From Candidatus Omnitrophota bacterium (GTDB lineage: Bacteria > Omnitrophota > Omnitrophia > Omnitrophales > Aquincolibacteriaceae): a DNA stretch of 64,000 nt. The notes beneath the pieces were generated by a model. The model searched no databases, had not been told where the DNA came from, and worked only from the letters and a program-made list of their open reading frames with translations. The stretch spans positions 7,128 through 71,127 of the forward strand of contig CAIJDY010000030.1 of the NCBI GenBank assembly GCA_903819565.1. The letters run 5' to 3'. The position numbers and the translations under genes are program-made. Shown piece by piece: positions 33,894 through 43,470 of this stretch; position 1 is the first letter of the stretch, and each line of letters opens with the position of its first letter.

Positions 33894-36800
33894 TTATGCG
33901 TGAGCAGCGACGCGAGGTAAAAAGATGCTAACGACGGTTCCTTTGCCGACTTCGCTTTCCACCGCGATCTTTCCGTTGTACCGAGCGACGACGTTATGGG
34001 TCATGAAAAGTCCGAGGCCGGTCCCTTCGCCGATTTCTTTAGTCGTAAAAAACGGCTCGAAGATGCGGTCGAGCGTTTTCGGGTCCATGCCGCGCCCCGT
34101 GTCTTCGAGGGTCATTTTAACATAGTCGCCTCCCTCAAAGAGCGCATATTTTTTCGCCGTTTGTTCATCCGCCAGGATCCACGAAAGGCTGAAGGTGATG
34201 ATCTCTTCTTTCGCGGGATCCAGCGCCTGGTAGCTGTTGGAAAGGATGTTGAGCAGGGCGTGTTGTATCTCGTTCGGGTCCGCCCGGACAAGTCCGCAGT
34301 GGGGAGCCAGATTCTCACGGAGCTGAATGTCCCCTTTGACCGAGGCCCGGAACAATTTCAGCGTGTTCGCGACGACGGGGTAGATCTCGATCTCGTTGAT
34401 GTCGCGTTCCTGCGCCCGGCTGAAAGAAAGCATTTGCCCGATCAATTGTTTTGCGCTGTCGACCCCTTCGATGGCCCGGAGAAGGTCCTTGTGTGTCCGG
34501 CTGCCCGGCGCGATATCTCCGAGCGCCATCTCCGTGCAGCCGCGGATCGAGGCCAGGATGTTATTGAAATTATGGGCGATCCCGTTGGCCATGGTCCCGA
34601 TCGATTCCATTTTTTGAGCCTGCATCAGCTGTTTGATAAGCATTTCCTTTTCTTGGATGGCTTTCAGCTGTTCCGTGATGTCATGCATGACGGCGACCGC
34701 GCCTAAAATCCTGCCGTCTTCCGCTTTGATGGGAGAGGCCTCGGCGATGACATGCCGTTGGGGGCCGCCTTTCGGGGCGATCACCATCCCGGCATCGTGG
34801 ACTTTTTCACCGCGGAAAGCCCGCAGCAAGGGGATCGTGCGGACATCTAAGGGGGTGATCCCGTCTTCCTCATAGAGGTTATAATGACCGGCCCAGTTCT
34901 CCTGCGATAAAGAGCTCTCGGCGCTTAACTCGTGCCATTCGCGGGCCGTACGGTTAAAGAGGATCAGTTCGCTTTTTTCGTTACAGGCGATCACTCCCGC
35001 GTTCATGTTCTCAAGAAGCGCGGAGGAAAAAAGCTGTTCCAGTGCCAACTTTTCCTCAGCTTGTTTTCGCTCGGTGATGTCCTGGAACGTGCCCAAGACG
35101 TAGGAGCGTTCCCCCTCGACCACCGGTGCGATCCCCCGCACTTCGGTCCAGATCATCCTGCCTGTGCCCGTGATGCCACGGCACTCTATAGCAAATCGTT
35201 CGCCGGTGGCCAGACAGCGGGCGATGCTGTCCTTGATCTTGGGAACGTACTCCGGCAGATAAAATTTCAGACCTTCTGTCAATCCGAGCTGGTTCCCTTT
35301 GGGATATTCGATGATTTCGAAAACTCCTTCGGTCCATTCGAGATAGTCTGTCAGAGGATTCGCTTTCCACCCCGACAAGCGGGCGATCCGCTGCGTTTCC
35401 TGGAGAAAGACTTGGCTTTCCCGCAACGCCTCTTCCGCGCGTTTGCGTTCGGTGATGTCGCGAAACGTCCAGATCCTTCCGTAGTATTTTCCGTCCTTGC
35501 CCCAAACGGGCGCGGAATACCTGTCCAGGACCATCCCGTTCTTGAACTCGATCTCGTCACGGCTGGTCTCTCCCGGGTGGTTGTAAAGATCCCGGACCCT
35601 TTCGAGAAAAGAATCGGGGTCCCGGGTCAGGCTGACCACATACTTGAGCAGCGCGGCATCATCCGGGTCCTCCGCGATGTGTTGGGGGACATTGAAAATC
35701 TCGAGCATCCGCTGGTTCGTAAGGACCCGCTGCTGTTTCTCGTCGACCACCAGGATCCCGTCGAGGGACGCGTTCGTTTGAGCTTCCAGCAAAGCCGTTT
35801 TCGATCGCAAAGCCACGTCGGCCTGACGGATCTCCGTCATGTCCCTGTCCGATCCGCGATATCCGGTGAGATTGTTCTGAGAGTCCAAAAGCGGGACACC
35901 GTTCGTGATCATTAAAAGGATCCGTCCGTCCTTGGCTTGAACCTGGTTGGGCAAATTGCGGAACGAGCCCTTTCGCTCAAAAACGGCCAGGGTGATTTTT
36001 CTAAAAACCTCGCGACCTTCTTCGGGGTGGAGGTCGTAAAAATATTTTTTTCCGACCAATTCCTGCGCTTCGTAGCCGATGACTTTTTTGCAGCTCTGGC
36101 TCAGGTAGGTGTAGAGGCCCGCGGCGTCAGTTTCCCAGATCATTTCCGAACTCAGGGCCGCGATCTGATCGAAACGTTCTTTGCTATCCCGCAACAAGTC
36201 TTCCGCTTTCTTGCGCTGGGAGATGTCGTTCAAAAGAGCGACGACATATTCCACGTTTCCCTGGGGATCCCGTACGCAGCCCACGGCCAGATCGACCCAG
36301 ATCACGGCGCCGTTTTTGCGGACGAACCGTTTCTCCAGGTCGTACTGTTTGATTTCGCCAGACAGCAGGCGGTTAAATTGTGCGACGTCCTCGGCAAGGT
36401 CATCGGGGTACGTCATTTCCGCCCAGGTCATGTCGACAAGTTCCTCCCGGGAATAACCCAAAAGGGAACAGACCTGATCATTTACCTGGATCCAGCCTTT
36501 TGTGGGAGAGGTGATCGCGATGCCGGTCAGGGCGAGATCAAAATAACTGCGAAAGCGGGCCTCACTTTTTCGGAGGTCCGATTGCTGGGCCTGGATGCTT
36601 GTGTCGGTGTGGCGGAGCAGGATGTAGATGAATCCCAGGATCAGCGTCATCAGCACCAGAGCGCTCATTCCTCCGAGGATTAACGGGCGTGAAAAGTTCT
36701 CCTTGTCAGTCGAAAGATCGCGTGTGACGATCAGATGGCCGACCTCCTTGCCCGAAGCGTCCGCAAGAGGCAGTGCGGATACCCGCCACTCATTTCCGTC

Positions 36801-38261
36801 GATGGTGACTTTCTGGCCCGGGTCTCCACGGATATGTTCGCCCGCCGGGCCTTGATCCGCGAGGGGCACGAAGGCATCAGGAAGCTTGCCGAAAGAAGTG
36901 TAGAGCACGACGTTCTGTGACAAACGGTCCCACTCGGGTTCGCGTCCGAGCAGGCGCATGCTCTCTTCCCAATTCTGGCGGTTCAAAAGTTGCTTCTGGA
37001 TGGTGACGGTCAAGTGTTTTCCGGACCGGAGGTACAACGTGCGCAGGATGTCTTCGATCTCTTTCCCGAGTTCCACATAACCGACGAGCGTGCCCGCTTC
37101 GAAAACCGGCTGCACCACCCGCAAGGGGAAGGTCCCTAATGTGCCCAACTCGACGCCAGATGAGGCTTTGCCGGTCCGTTCCGCTTCGAGGGCCGTAAAA
37201 CGGTCGATCCGGTCGCCGTGGTTTTCCGGTCTGTGGACGCGCAAGAGACAGACGCGGTTCTTGTCTAAAAAATAAAAATGGGTGATGCCGCTATCCCGGC
37301 GCAAGGTTTCGAAGATAGGGCTCCAAACGGCAAGCAGGTTTTCAATGTTCCCTTCGCGCAGGGCCTTTTGCGCGCGCGGATCTGTGGCAATAGCTTGCGT
37401 CGCCACCTCCAGACCGGAGGATTGCTGGTGCAGGGCCACCTGGAGATCGTTGGAAACGTCGGCCATATCGGCCGCAAAACTGTCAGCCAAGCGTTGCCGC
37501 TGTTGTTGCCAAAGTAGAAATCCGGCGATCGCGGTAAAGACGATCACAAGGGTTGCCAGCGGAACCAACAGACGCCTCATCACGGGTTTTGGCGAAGCTT
37601 TGACACGGCGGTTGGAAATAAAGCCGGTGGCCAAGCCGATAAGAAGTACGAGCATGAACCCCACGGGTTGGGCCACCTTTGCGGCCACATTCCATTTCCA
37701 GACGCGGGCGTCAATATCCATGCCCAGAACGGCGATGAGGGTGTTGGTTTTCGGGTCGATCACCGGGTCCAGTGCTGAAACCCACATGCCCCAGCGATCC
37801 GTGACGGGGCCTTCGACGGTCGCGATCTTGGAGTCGAAAACACGGCGATAATTTTCCGAGACTTCCGTGTAGGGTTGCCCCGGCGGGGAATAGTCCTTTG
37901 AATGGACCGGTTCGCTGTCCACGAAGAAAAATACCGAACCGTCAGCTTTGCGTCCCATGAAATAGACGAACCGGCAGAGCGGGTTGGCCGAACGGACGGC
38001 GGTCAGTTGTTCCTTGAGTCGCAGGTAGTGGGGGTTGTCAAGGTCCGCCGCCGTCCCCGAGAGGGACCGGAGGTGATTGAAATCGACGGATCGTGCCACC
38101 AGGTGTGTTTCCAGAAGCAGGCTTTCGCGCATTTTGCGGTCGGTTTGCGTGACCGTCCACCAGGTAAAGAACGTTCCGGCGACGAAGATGGTCAGAAACA
38201 GCAGCGTTGGTAAGCGCGGGTATCTGATCCTGGAGAGAAGCGCCGTCTCCTTATCTTTCAT
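33894..38261 (-). CDS. Multi-sensor histidine kinase: two extracytoplasmic sensor domains, 4 TM, about five PAS/PAC domains, HisKA + HATPase_c (no receiver)
   Basis: 1455 aa; TM helices at ~25-45, ~215-235, ~245-268 and ~560-583; repeated PAS-type blocks with …DITERK… PAC ends; H-box …GIAHNFNNIL…, N-box …NILSNSYQA…, G1 …DTGRGM…, G2 …GTGLGL…. Confidence 0.9.
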   Translation of the reverse strand: MKDKETALLSRIRYPRLPTLLFLTIFVAGTFFTWWTVTQTDRKMRESLLLETHLVARSVDFNHLRSLSGTAADLDNPHYLRLKEQLTAVRSANPLCRFVYFMGRKADGSVFFFVDSEPVHSKDYSPPGQPYTEVSENYRRVFDSKIATVEGPVTDRWGMWVSALDPVIDPKTNTLIAVLGMDIDARVWKWNVAAKVAQPVGFMLVLLIGLATGFISNRRVKASPKPVMRRLLVPLATLVIVFTAIAGFLLWQQQRQRLADSFAADMADVSNDLQVALHQQSSGLEVATQAIATDPRAQKALREGNIENLLAVWSPIFETLRRDSGITHFYFLDKNRVCLLRVHRPENHGDRIDRFTALEAERTGKASSGVELGTLGTFPLRVVQPVFEAGTLVGYVELGKEIEDILRTLYLRSGKHLTVTIQKQLLNRQNWEESMRLLGREPEWDRLSQNVVLYTSFGKLPDAFVPLADQGPAGEHIRGDPGQKVTIDGNEWRVSALPLADASGKEVGHLIVTRDLSTDKENFSRPLILGGMSALVLMTLILGFIYILLRHTDTSIQAQQSDLRKSEARFRSYFDLALTGIAITSPTKGWIQVNDQVCSLLGYSREELVDMTWAEMTYPDDLAEDVAQFNRLLSGEIKQYDLEKRFVRKNGAVIWVDLAVGCVRDPQGNVEYVVALLNDISQRKKAEDLLRDSKERFDQIAALSSEMIWETDAAGLYTYLSQSCKKVIGYEAQELVGKKYFYDLHPEEGREVFRKITLAVFERKGSFRNLPNQVQAKDGRILLMITNGVPLLDSQNNLTGYRGSDRDMTEIRQADVALRSKTALLEAQTNASLDGILVVDEKQQRVLTNQRMLEIFNVPQHIAEDPDDAALLKYVVSLTRDPDSFLERVRDLYNHPGETSRDEIEFKNGMVLDRYSAPVWGKDGKYYGRIWTFRDITERKRAEEALRESQVFLQETQRIARLSGWKANPLTDYLEWTEGVFEIIEYPKGNQLGLTEGLKFYLPEYVPKIKDSIARCLATGERFAIECRGITGTGRMIWTEVRGIAPVVEGERSYVLGTFQDITERKQAEEKLALEQLFSSALLENMNAGVIACNEKSELILFNRTAREWHELSAESSLSQENWAGHYNLYEEDGITPLDVRTIPLLRAFRGEKVHDAGMVIAPKGGPQRHVIAEASPIKAEDGRILGAVAVMHDITEQLKAIQEKEMLIKQLMQAQKMESIGTMANGIAHNFNNILASIRGCTEMALGDIAPGSRTHKDLLRAIEGVDSAKQLIGQMLSFSRAQERDINEIEIYPVVANTLKLFRASVKGDIQLRENLAPHCGLVRADPNEIQHALLNILSNSYQALDPAKEEIITFSLSWILADEQTAKKYALFEGGDYVKMTLEDTGRGMDPKTLDRIFEPFFTTKEIGEGTGLGLFMTHNVVARYNGKIAVESEVGKGTVVSIFLPRVAAHA

Positions 38262-38509
38262 CGGAAAGGAAACCCCATGAAGCCTCCGTCGAGCATACGT
38301 TGAGGGCGTTCAAAGCGCAAGACGCTACGCGCCAATATAGTTCGCGGTCAGGCACAAGTCAAGGTTACCCGGAGCTGTGTAGTGTTCGCACGAGATCGGG
38401 AGGATCTGGAAATCTAGGTTCTGTTGACATTCCCTTCTCCCACAAGGGAGGAGGTTGGCTTTGGGAGAAAAAAGGCGAAAAGGAAAAACACAAGAAAGTC
38501 TGGATGTTT

Positions 38510-40480
38510 TTACTCGTACCTCAGCGCGGAGATCGGATCCAGGGCCGCGGCTTGTTTGGCGGGCCAAAGGCCGAAAATAATACCGACTGATGCCGAACAA
38601 AAAAAGGCCAGGAGTAAAGAGTCCAGCGTGATAATCATTTTCCATTGTGCGATCAGGGCGATCAGCCAGGAGATTACCGCGGCGAGCAAGATGCCCGCGA
38701 GTCCGCCCAGAAAAGTGACCAGGACCGCCTCAACAAGGAATTGCATCAGGATATCGCGCGGCGTCGCGCCGATGGCTTTGCGCAGGCCGATCTCACGGGT
38801 CCTTTCCTTGACCGAGACCAGCATGATGTTCATGATCCCGATGCCGCCGACCACCAGCGAGATCGCGGCCACGCAGCCGAGCAGGACGGAAAAGGTTTTT
38901 GTCGTGCTCGAGAGGGCCTGCTGGATGTCCGCGTAATTCCGGATATTGAAACTGTCGTAACGGTCCGGGGTCAGGTGGTGCCTGCGAATGATCATGGAGT
39001 TGATCGCCTCTTCGGCCAGGGGCATTTTCCCAAGGTCCGTGATTTCGGCATCGATCTGGTCGAGGTAGTCTTTCCCCATGAGCCGCCGCATGGCCGTCAT
39101 GAGCGGGATTACGACCACGTCGTCCTGGTCATGGAAGGCATTGGCGCCAAGGGAAGGAAGGATCCCGAGGACCTGGAAGCTGACGCGATTGATCTTGATC
39201 GCTTGTCCGATGGGATCTTCACCGCCGAAAAGTTCGCGTTGGACCGTTTGTCCGATCAGGACCAGCCGTTGCCGCGTCTGGTTCTCGCCCGCGGTAAAAA
39301 AGCGGCCGGCCGTGGGTTCCTGATTCCTCACGCTCGCGTATTCGGGAGTCACTCCGATCACCTGCGTGCTCCAGTTCTTATTCCCGTAGACCAGCTGTCC
39401 CTGCCCCGTGACTTGGGGGGCGACTTTCTTCACATACGAGATCTCTCCGATCGCCTTCACGTCCTCAAAATCCAGACGTGTTGCGGCTCCGGCCTCGGTG
39501 CTTACCCCGTGGACCTTGACCGAACCCGGGCGGACCGAAAGCAGGTTGGAGCCCAGGCGCGACAATTGCTCGGTGATCGATTCCCGCGCGCCCCGGCCGA
39601 GCGCGAGCATGGTGATTACGCACGCGACCCCGATCAGCACGCCCAGCATCGAAAGGAAGGACCTTAATTTATTGCTGAGGATCATGCGGCAGGCTTGCTT
39701 GAAATGGTCCCGGAATTCTTCGAGGCTGTATTTTTTCTCTTTGGAGAGCTCCCGGGAGGGGAGTCCCGGAGGGAGCGGCCCGGACCGCCCGGAGGACCCG
39801 GTTTTTTTTTCATCGCTGACGATTTTGCCGTCATGCATGCGAATGACCCTTTCGGCGGTATTTCCGACATTTTCGTCATGGGTCACCAGCACGATGGTCA
39901 TGCCCCGGGCGTGAAGCGATTGAAAGATCGCCATGATCTCTTTTCCCGATTGAGAATCAAGATTTCCCGTGGGTTCGTCGGCAAGGATCATCAGTGGATC
40001 GTTCACCAGCGCCCGGGCGATCGCGACCCGCTGCTGCTGGCCGCCGGAAAGTTCGTTCGGTCGGTGCTGCACCCGCGCGGCCAGGCCCACCTGCTCCAGC
40101 ATTTTTCGTGACCGCGGGATATCTTCTTGGCCTCGTGTGCCGGAATAGATCAGCGGCAGGCAGACATTTTCCAGCGCCGTGGAACGCGTCATAAGATTAA
40201 ATTGCTGGAACACAAAACCGATCACGCGGTTCCGGAGGAAGGCGTATTCCTCTTCCTGCAGTCGGGTCGTATCCTTCTCGAGTAGACGGATCGTGCCGCT
40301 GTCCGGCGTATCGAGAAAACCGAGAAGGTGCATTAACGTGGATTTTCCAGATCCTGACGGCCCCATGATCGCGACGAACTCCCCGGCATCGATATTCACG
40401 GAAACGCCCTGTAGTGCGCGGATATCCACTTCGCCAATGCGGTAGGTCTTCGATATGTTCTCGACTTCGACTAATTTCAT
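38510..40480 (-). CDS. MacB-family ABC transporter, fused ATP-binding and permease domains (FtsX-like)
   Basis: N-term ABC: [10 protein letters not shown] (Walker A), [15 protein letters not shown] (signature), [11 protein letters not shown] (Walker B); C-term 4-TM FtsX-like permease with large periplasmic loop. Confidence 0.9.
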   Translation of the reverse strand: MKLVEVENISKTYRIGEVDIRALQGVSVNIDAGEFVAIMGPSGSGKSTLMHLLGFLDTPDSGTIRLLEKDTTRLQEEEYAFLRNRVIGFVFQQFNLMTRSTALENVCLPLIYSGTRGQEDIPRSRKMLEQVGLAARVQHRPNELSGGQQQRVAIARALVNDPLMILADEPTGNLDSQSGKEIMAIFQSLHARGMTIVLVTHDENVGNTAERVIRMHDGKIVSDEKKTGSSGRSGPLPPGLPSRELSKEKKYSLEEFRDHFKQACRMILSNKLRSFLSMLGVLIGVACVITMLALGRGARESITEQLSRLGSNLLSVRPGSVKVHGVSTEAGAATRLDFEDVKAIGEISYVKKVAPQVTGQGQLVYGNKNWSTQVIGVTPEYASVRNQEPTAGRFFTAGENQTRQRLVLIGQTVQRELFGGEDPIGQAIKINRVSFQVLGILPSLGANAFHDQDDVVVIPLMTAMRRLMGKDYLDQIDAEITDLGKMPLAEEAINSMIIRRHHLTPDRYDSFNIRNYADIQQALSSTTKTFSVLLGCVAAISLVVGGIGIMNIMLVSVKERTREIGLRKAIGATPRDILMQFLVEAVLVTFLGGLAGILLAAVISWLIALIAQWKMIITLDSLLLAFFCSASVGIIFGLWPAKQAAALDPISALRYE

Positions 40481-40522
40481 CAGAACCTCTAGAACGGGTT
40501 ACGATCCGGTCTTGCGACGGTC

Positions 40523-41521
40523 CTAACGCCCCTGTTTGTCACTCTTTTTGGGCGCGCCGCCCATCGCGAACGGGCTGACGGACATCTCTTTTTGTTTCTT
40601 CTGGACGATCTGGATCTCCTGGCCGTCGCTCAGGCCTTCCGTGATCTCGGTCACCCGGCCGTCCGAATCTCCGATGCGGACCGGAAGCGGGACCAGTTTC
40701 CCGCCGAACGTTTTTTCGTAAGCAGCGAACTCCGCGTTCTTGGGTTTGGGGACTTTCCGCGGCCATTCCACGATCGCTTCGGAGGGCGCCAGGAGAACCT
40801 CTTTTCTTTCTTTCACGATAAAAGTCACGTTCGCGGTCATCCCGCTGCGGAACGCCGGTGGGATCTTTTCGGGAAGGATATCCACCGCGTAGACGTTCAC
40901 GTTATTCGTGAGCTTGCTTTCGTACATGATGTGGTCGACTTTTCCCCAAAAGGTTTCCTTGGGATAGGCATCCAGCTGGATGCCGGCTTTTTGGCCGAGC
41001 GCGATCAAGGCAAGGTCGGTCTCATCGACCAGGGCCTCTACGATCAACCGGTCGGAAAGGACTACCACAGGATCTGCCGTGGTCACGGTCTGTCCCGGTT
41101 CCACCGCGCGGACGATGATTGTTCCATCCAGTGGAGCAAGGAGCGGCGCCATTTTGTAGGCCTCTTCCCACCGTTTCATTGTTTCGGCCCCCCGCGCTCT
41201 CGCGGCATCCAGCAGTGCGGCCCTTTCGGTGGAGCTCATCTGGGCAAGGATCTGCCCCTTTTTCACTTCATCCCCTTCCTGGACCAAGACTTCCTCCACG
41301 CGGCCCGGGATCGGCGGTTTGATCTCTACGCGGTTGTACGGCTTCACCGTTCCCGTAGCGGTCACTTTGACCTCCAGGTCGCCTCTGTAAACTTTTGCGG
41401 AACGGAGCGCTTGTAGGGGATCTTTTCCGGGCGCGCAGGAAGAGAATATTTTGATCAGGATAAAGACGAGGATCAGGAAGACGCCGAGCTTCCATCGTTT
41501 TAATAGATTATTTAATCGCAT
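40523..41521 (-). CDS. Efflux periplasmic adaptor (HlyD/MacA-family membrane fusion protein)
   Basis: 332 aa; N-terminal anchor, coiled-coil/lipoyl-like …GTVKPYNRVEIKPPIPGRVEEVLVQEGDEVKKGQILAQM… typical of RND/MacA adaptors; overlaps upstream TolC-like gene by 14 nt. Confidence 0.8.
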   Translation of the reverse strand: MRLNNLLKRWKLGVFLILVFILIKIFSSCAPGKDPLQALRSAKVYRGDLEVKVTATGTVKPYNRVEIKPPIPGRVEEVLVQEGDEVKKGQILAQMSSTERAALLDAARARGAETMKRWEEAYKMAPLLAPLDGTIIVRAVEPGQTVTTADPVVVLSDRLIVEALVDETDLALIALGQKAGIQLDAYPKETFWGKVDHIMYESKLTNNVNVYAVDILPEKIPPAFRSGMTANVTFIVKERKEVLLAPSEAIVEWPRKVPKPKNAEFAAYEKTFGGKLVPLPVRIGDSDGRVTEITEGLSDGQEIQIVQKKQKEMSVSPFAMGGAPKKSDKQGR

Positions 41522-42854
41522 TCAGGTCATCCTCCAAAGTTTTGCCCCGGACCAGTTCCCAATTCGCCTGGGCATTCAGCACATCGGCAAGCCCTTGCAC
41601 GTAATCATTCTCCGAATTATTCTGCTCCTGCTCCGCCGTATCAAAATCCTGGAAACTCATCAATCCGGAAGCGTATTCCGCGCGGACGATTTCCGCTCGT
41701 TTCTGTGAGGCCTCCAGGAATTTCCTGAGAACCTCGATGCTTTCGACCGCATCCACGTATTTGGTCCAGGTGTCCGCGAGTTGGGCGACTGCTTCGTCGC
41801 GGGCGCTCACGGTGGCCGCGTGTGCCGCATCGTAATCCGCTTTGGCTTTGCGGATCGCGTTCACGTTCTTTCCACCGTTAAAAAACGGAACGGCAATGTT
41901 CAGTCCCCAGGAGTGTTCGCTTTTTAAATTAGACGCCCGTTCCCCGGAAACGCCATAATCCATGGTTCCAGTCGCTTGAGGCCAGACGACCGATTGCACC
42001 GCGACCACATTGGCTTTGGCGGATTCCGCGATCTTTAAAAGCCGCTGTACCTGGGGAGTGTTTTCGGCGATCTCTGCGTAGTCCGGCTCTTTCATCATCG
42101 CCGCGGGGATCGTCTGTTCGAGAGAATCCTGGATCGATACCGGGAGCACGAAGTCGCCGCCGCACTCGCGTCCGAGACGTATCGTTTGGCTTTCGATGTG
42201 ACGTTCCGCCGTTCGGACATCGAAGGCAGCACGGTCCGCCAGGGCTTCGGCCCGCAAAGCGGAGCCCAGGTTTTCGCGCCCGGCTTCATAACGGAGCCGG
42301 ACCATTTCCGCGTTATGTTTTCGGCGTTCCAGGATCCCCTGGTTCACCTTCAAAAGGCGGTTCCAGCGGAGAACGTCGACATAGGCAAGCTTCAATCCGT
42401 TGCGAACATTCGCGCTGGTGACGACGTACTGGAACTTTGCAGCATCCAGGTCTTTCCGGGCTTTGAGGAAGCTTCCGGTTGTTCCGAACCCGTTGAACAG
42501 CGATTGATTGCCGACAATGTCCAATGAAAGACTGTCCTGCAACGTGTTCCCGCCCCCGCCGCCGCTAAAGCCACCGCCGAATGAGGCGTTGCGGGAAGCG
42601 CTGCGCTGAAGGTCGCCCTCGAAAGAAGGCAGGTAATTCCCGAAAGCGATATCACGGCTTCTCGCGGTAGAAGTCACGACATACCGGGCGCTTTGAAGAT
42701 CAGGATTGAACTGGAGCGTCTGGCGGACCAGGGAGTCCCAAGACAGGACCCGGGGTTCGGCGTTGCGTTCGATCCTCGCCTCCGGCAAACGGACTGTGAG
42801 GCATCCTGACAAAAGGAAACCTGTCAATATCGTTGCGAATATTTTCTTAAGCAT
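41508..42854 (-). CDS. TolC/NodT-family outer-membrane efflux lipoprotein
   Basis: Lipoprotein signal MLKKIFATILTGFLLSGC; 448 aa with two-repeat coiled-coil/beta pattern of outer-membrane factors. Confidence 0.8.
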   Translation of the reverse strand: MLKKIFATILTGFLLSGCLTVRLPEARIERNAEPRVLSWDSLVRQTLQFNPDLQSARYVVTSTARSRDIAFGNYLPSFEGDLQRSASRNASFGGGFSGGGGGNTLQDSLSLDIVGNQSLFNGFGTTGSFLKARKDLDAAKFQYVVTSANVRNGLKLAYVDVLRWNRLLKVNQGILERRKHNAEMVRLRYEAGRENLGSALRAEALADRAAFDVRTAERHIESQTIRLGRECGGDFVLPVSIQDSLEQTIPAAMMKEPDYAEIAENTPQVQRLLKIAESAKANVVAVQSVVWPQATGTMDYGVSGERASNLKSEHSWGLNIAVPFFNGGKNVNAIRKAKADYDAAHAATVSARDEAVAQLADTWTKYVDAVESIEVLRKFLEASQKRAEIVRAEYASGLMSFQDFDTAEQEQNNSENDYVQGLADVLNAQANWELVRGKTLEDDLNAIK

Positions 42855-42996
42855 CGGAGTATTCTACGCCCAATTCCTTGGACGTGCCTTCTTAAAATCG
42901 GCTCGGTACGTTGGCGGACGCCGTCCGCTGACGAAAGCTGTAAAACGAGTAAGAGCAAAAGGTTAGACAGCTCAACGACGGAAAAGTTCCGGATAT

Positions 42997-43031
42997 CACC
43001 CTCAATTCAACCCCCGGGGTTGGATTGAGGG
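42997..43031. terminator. Hairpin immediately 3' of the 43033-43464 gene (minus strand)
   Basis: CACCCTCAATTCAACCC-CCGG-GGGTTGGATTGAGGG(G): ~15-bp stem with one mismatch, ends 2 nt after the stop codon. Confidence 0.45.
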
Positions 43032-43032
43032 G

Positions 43033-43464
43033 CTATCGTTGCCGCTCCCAAGGCTCTACCGGGCCGGCTTTTACGGAAAATAAAGGATGGGATTCAATCC
43101 TTGCCTTCGAACGTAGTTCCTTTTGTCGTGCCGGATCCCTTTTTTTTAGTTTCTGGACGAGCCAGGCGGCCTCGTATTTGATTTGTCCGCGTGTCACGGC
43201 GATCTTCATCCGAGAGCGTTTTCCCAGGATCTTCTTCCCGTCAAAGTGGTAGCCTCTTCGGACGGCTTCTTCATGGACGCCGTATAAGTAAGAAGCGATG
43301 GCGCGCGCTGGATTCGTGGAGTTTTTGAAACGCTCAAGTTGAGGATGATGCCTGTAGCCCTTTGTCTTGCCGCGCAGGATTTTTTGGGCGAGAAGAGCTT
43401 CCCTCCAAAGCGCGACGATCCCTTTGGCGTCCAGATATCGGGGGTGGAGGCTCCAGAGGCGCAT
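43033..43464 (-). CDS. Small basic protein, tentatively pyrimidine-dimer DNA glycosylase (Pyr_excise)-family
   Basis: 143 aa, N-terminus MRLWSLHPRYLDAKGIVALWREALLAQKIL recalls annotated bacterial DNA-lyase/pyrimidine-dimer-glycosylase homologs of this size; assignment from memory only. Confidence 0.35.
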   Translation of the reverse strand: MRLWSLHPRYLDAKGIVALWREALLAQKILRGKTKGYRHHPQLERFKNSTNPARAIASYLYGVHEEAVRRGYHFDGKKILGKRSRMKIAVTRGQIKYEAAWLVQKLKKRDPARQKELRSKARIESHPLFSVKAGPVEPWERQR

Positions 43465-43470
43465 GGGGTG

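Noticed and set aside
34932-36683. Two long plus-strand ORFs (327 and 248 aa) inside the histidine-kinase gene
   Set aside because: Antisense shadows of a 1455-aa kinase whose PAS/HisKA/HATPase motifs are all in the minus frame.
38645-39667. 340-aa plus-strand ORF inside macB
   Set aside because: Arg/Asp/His-rich low-complexity translation; the minus strand carries Walker A/B and ABC signature motifs.
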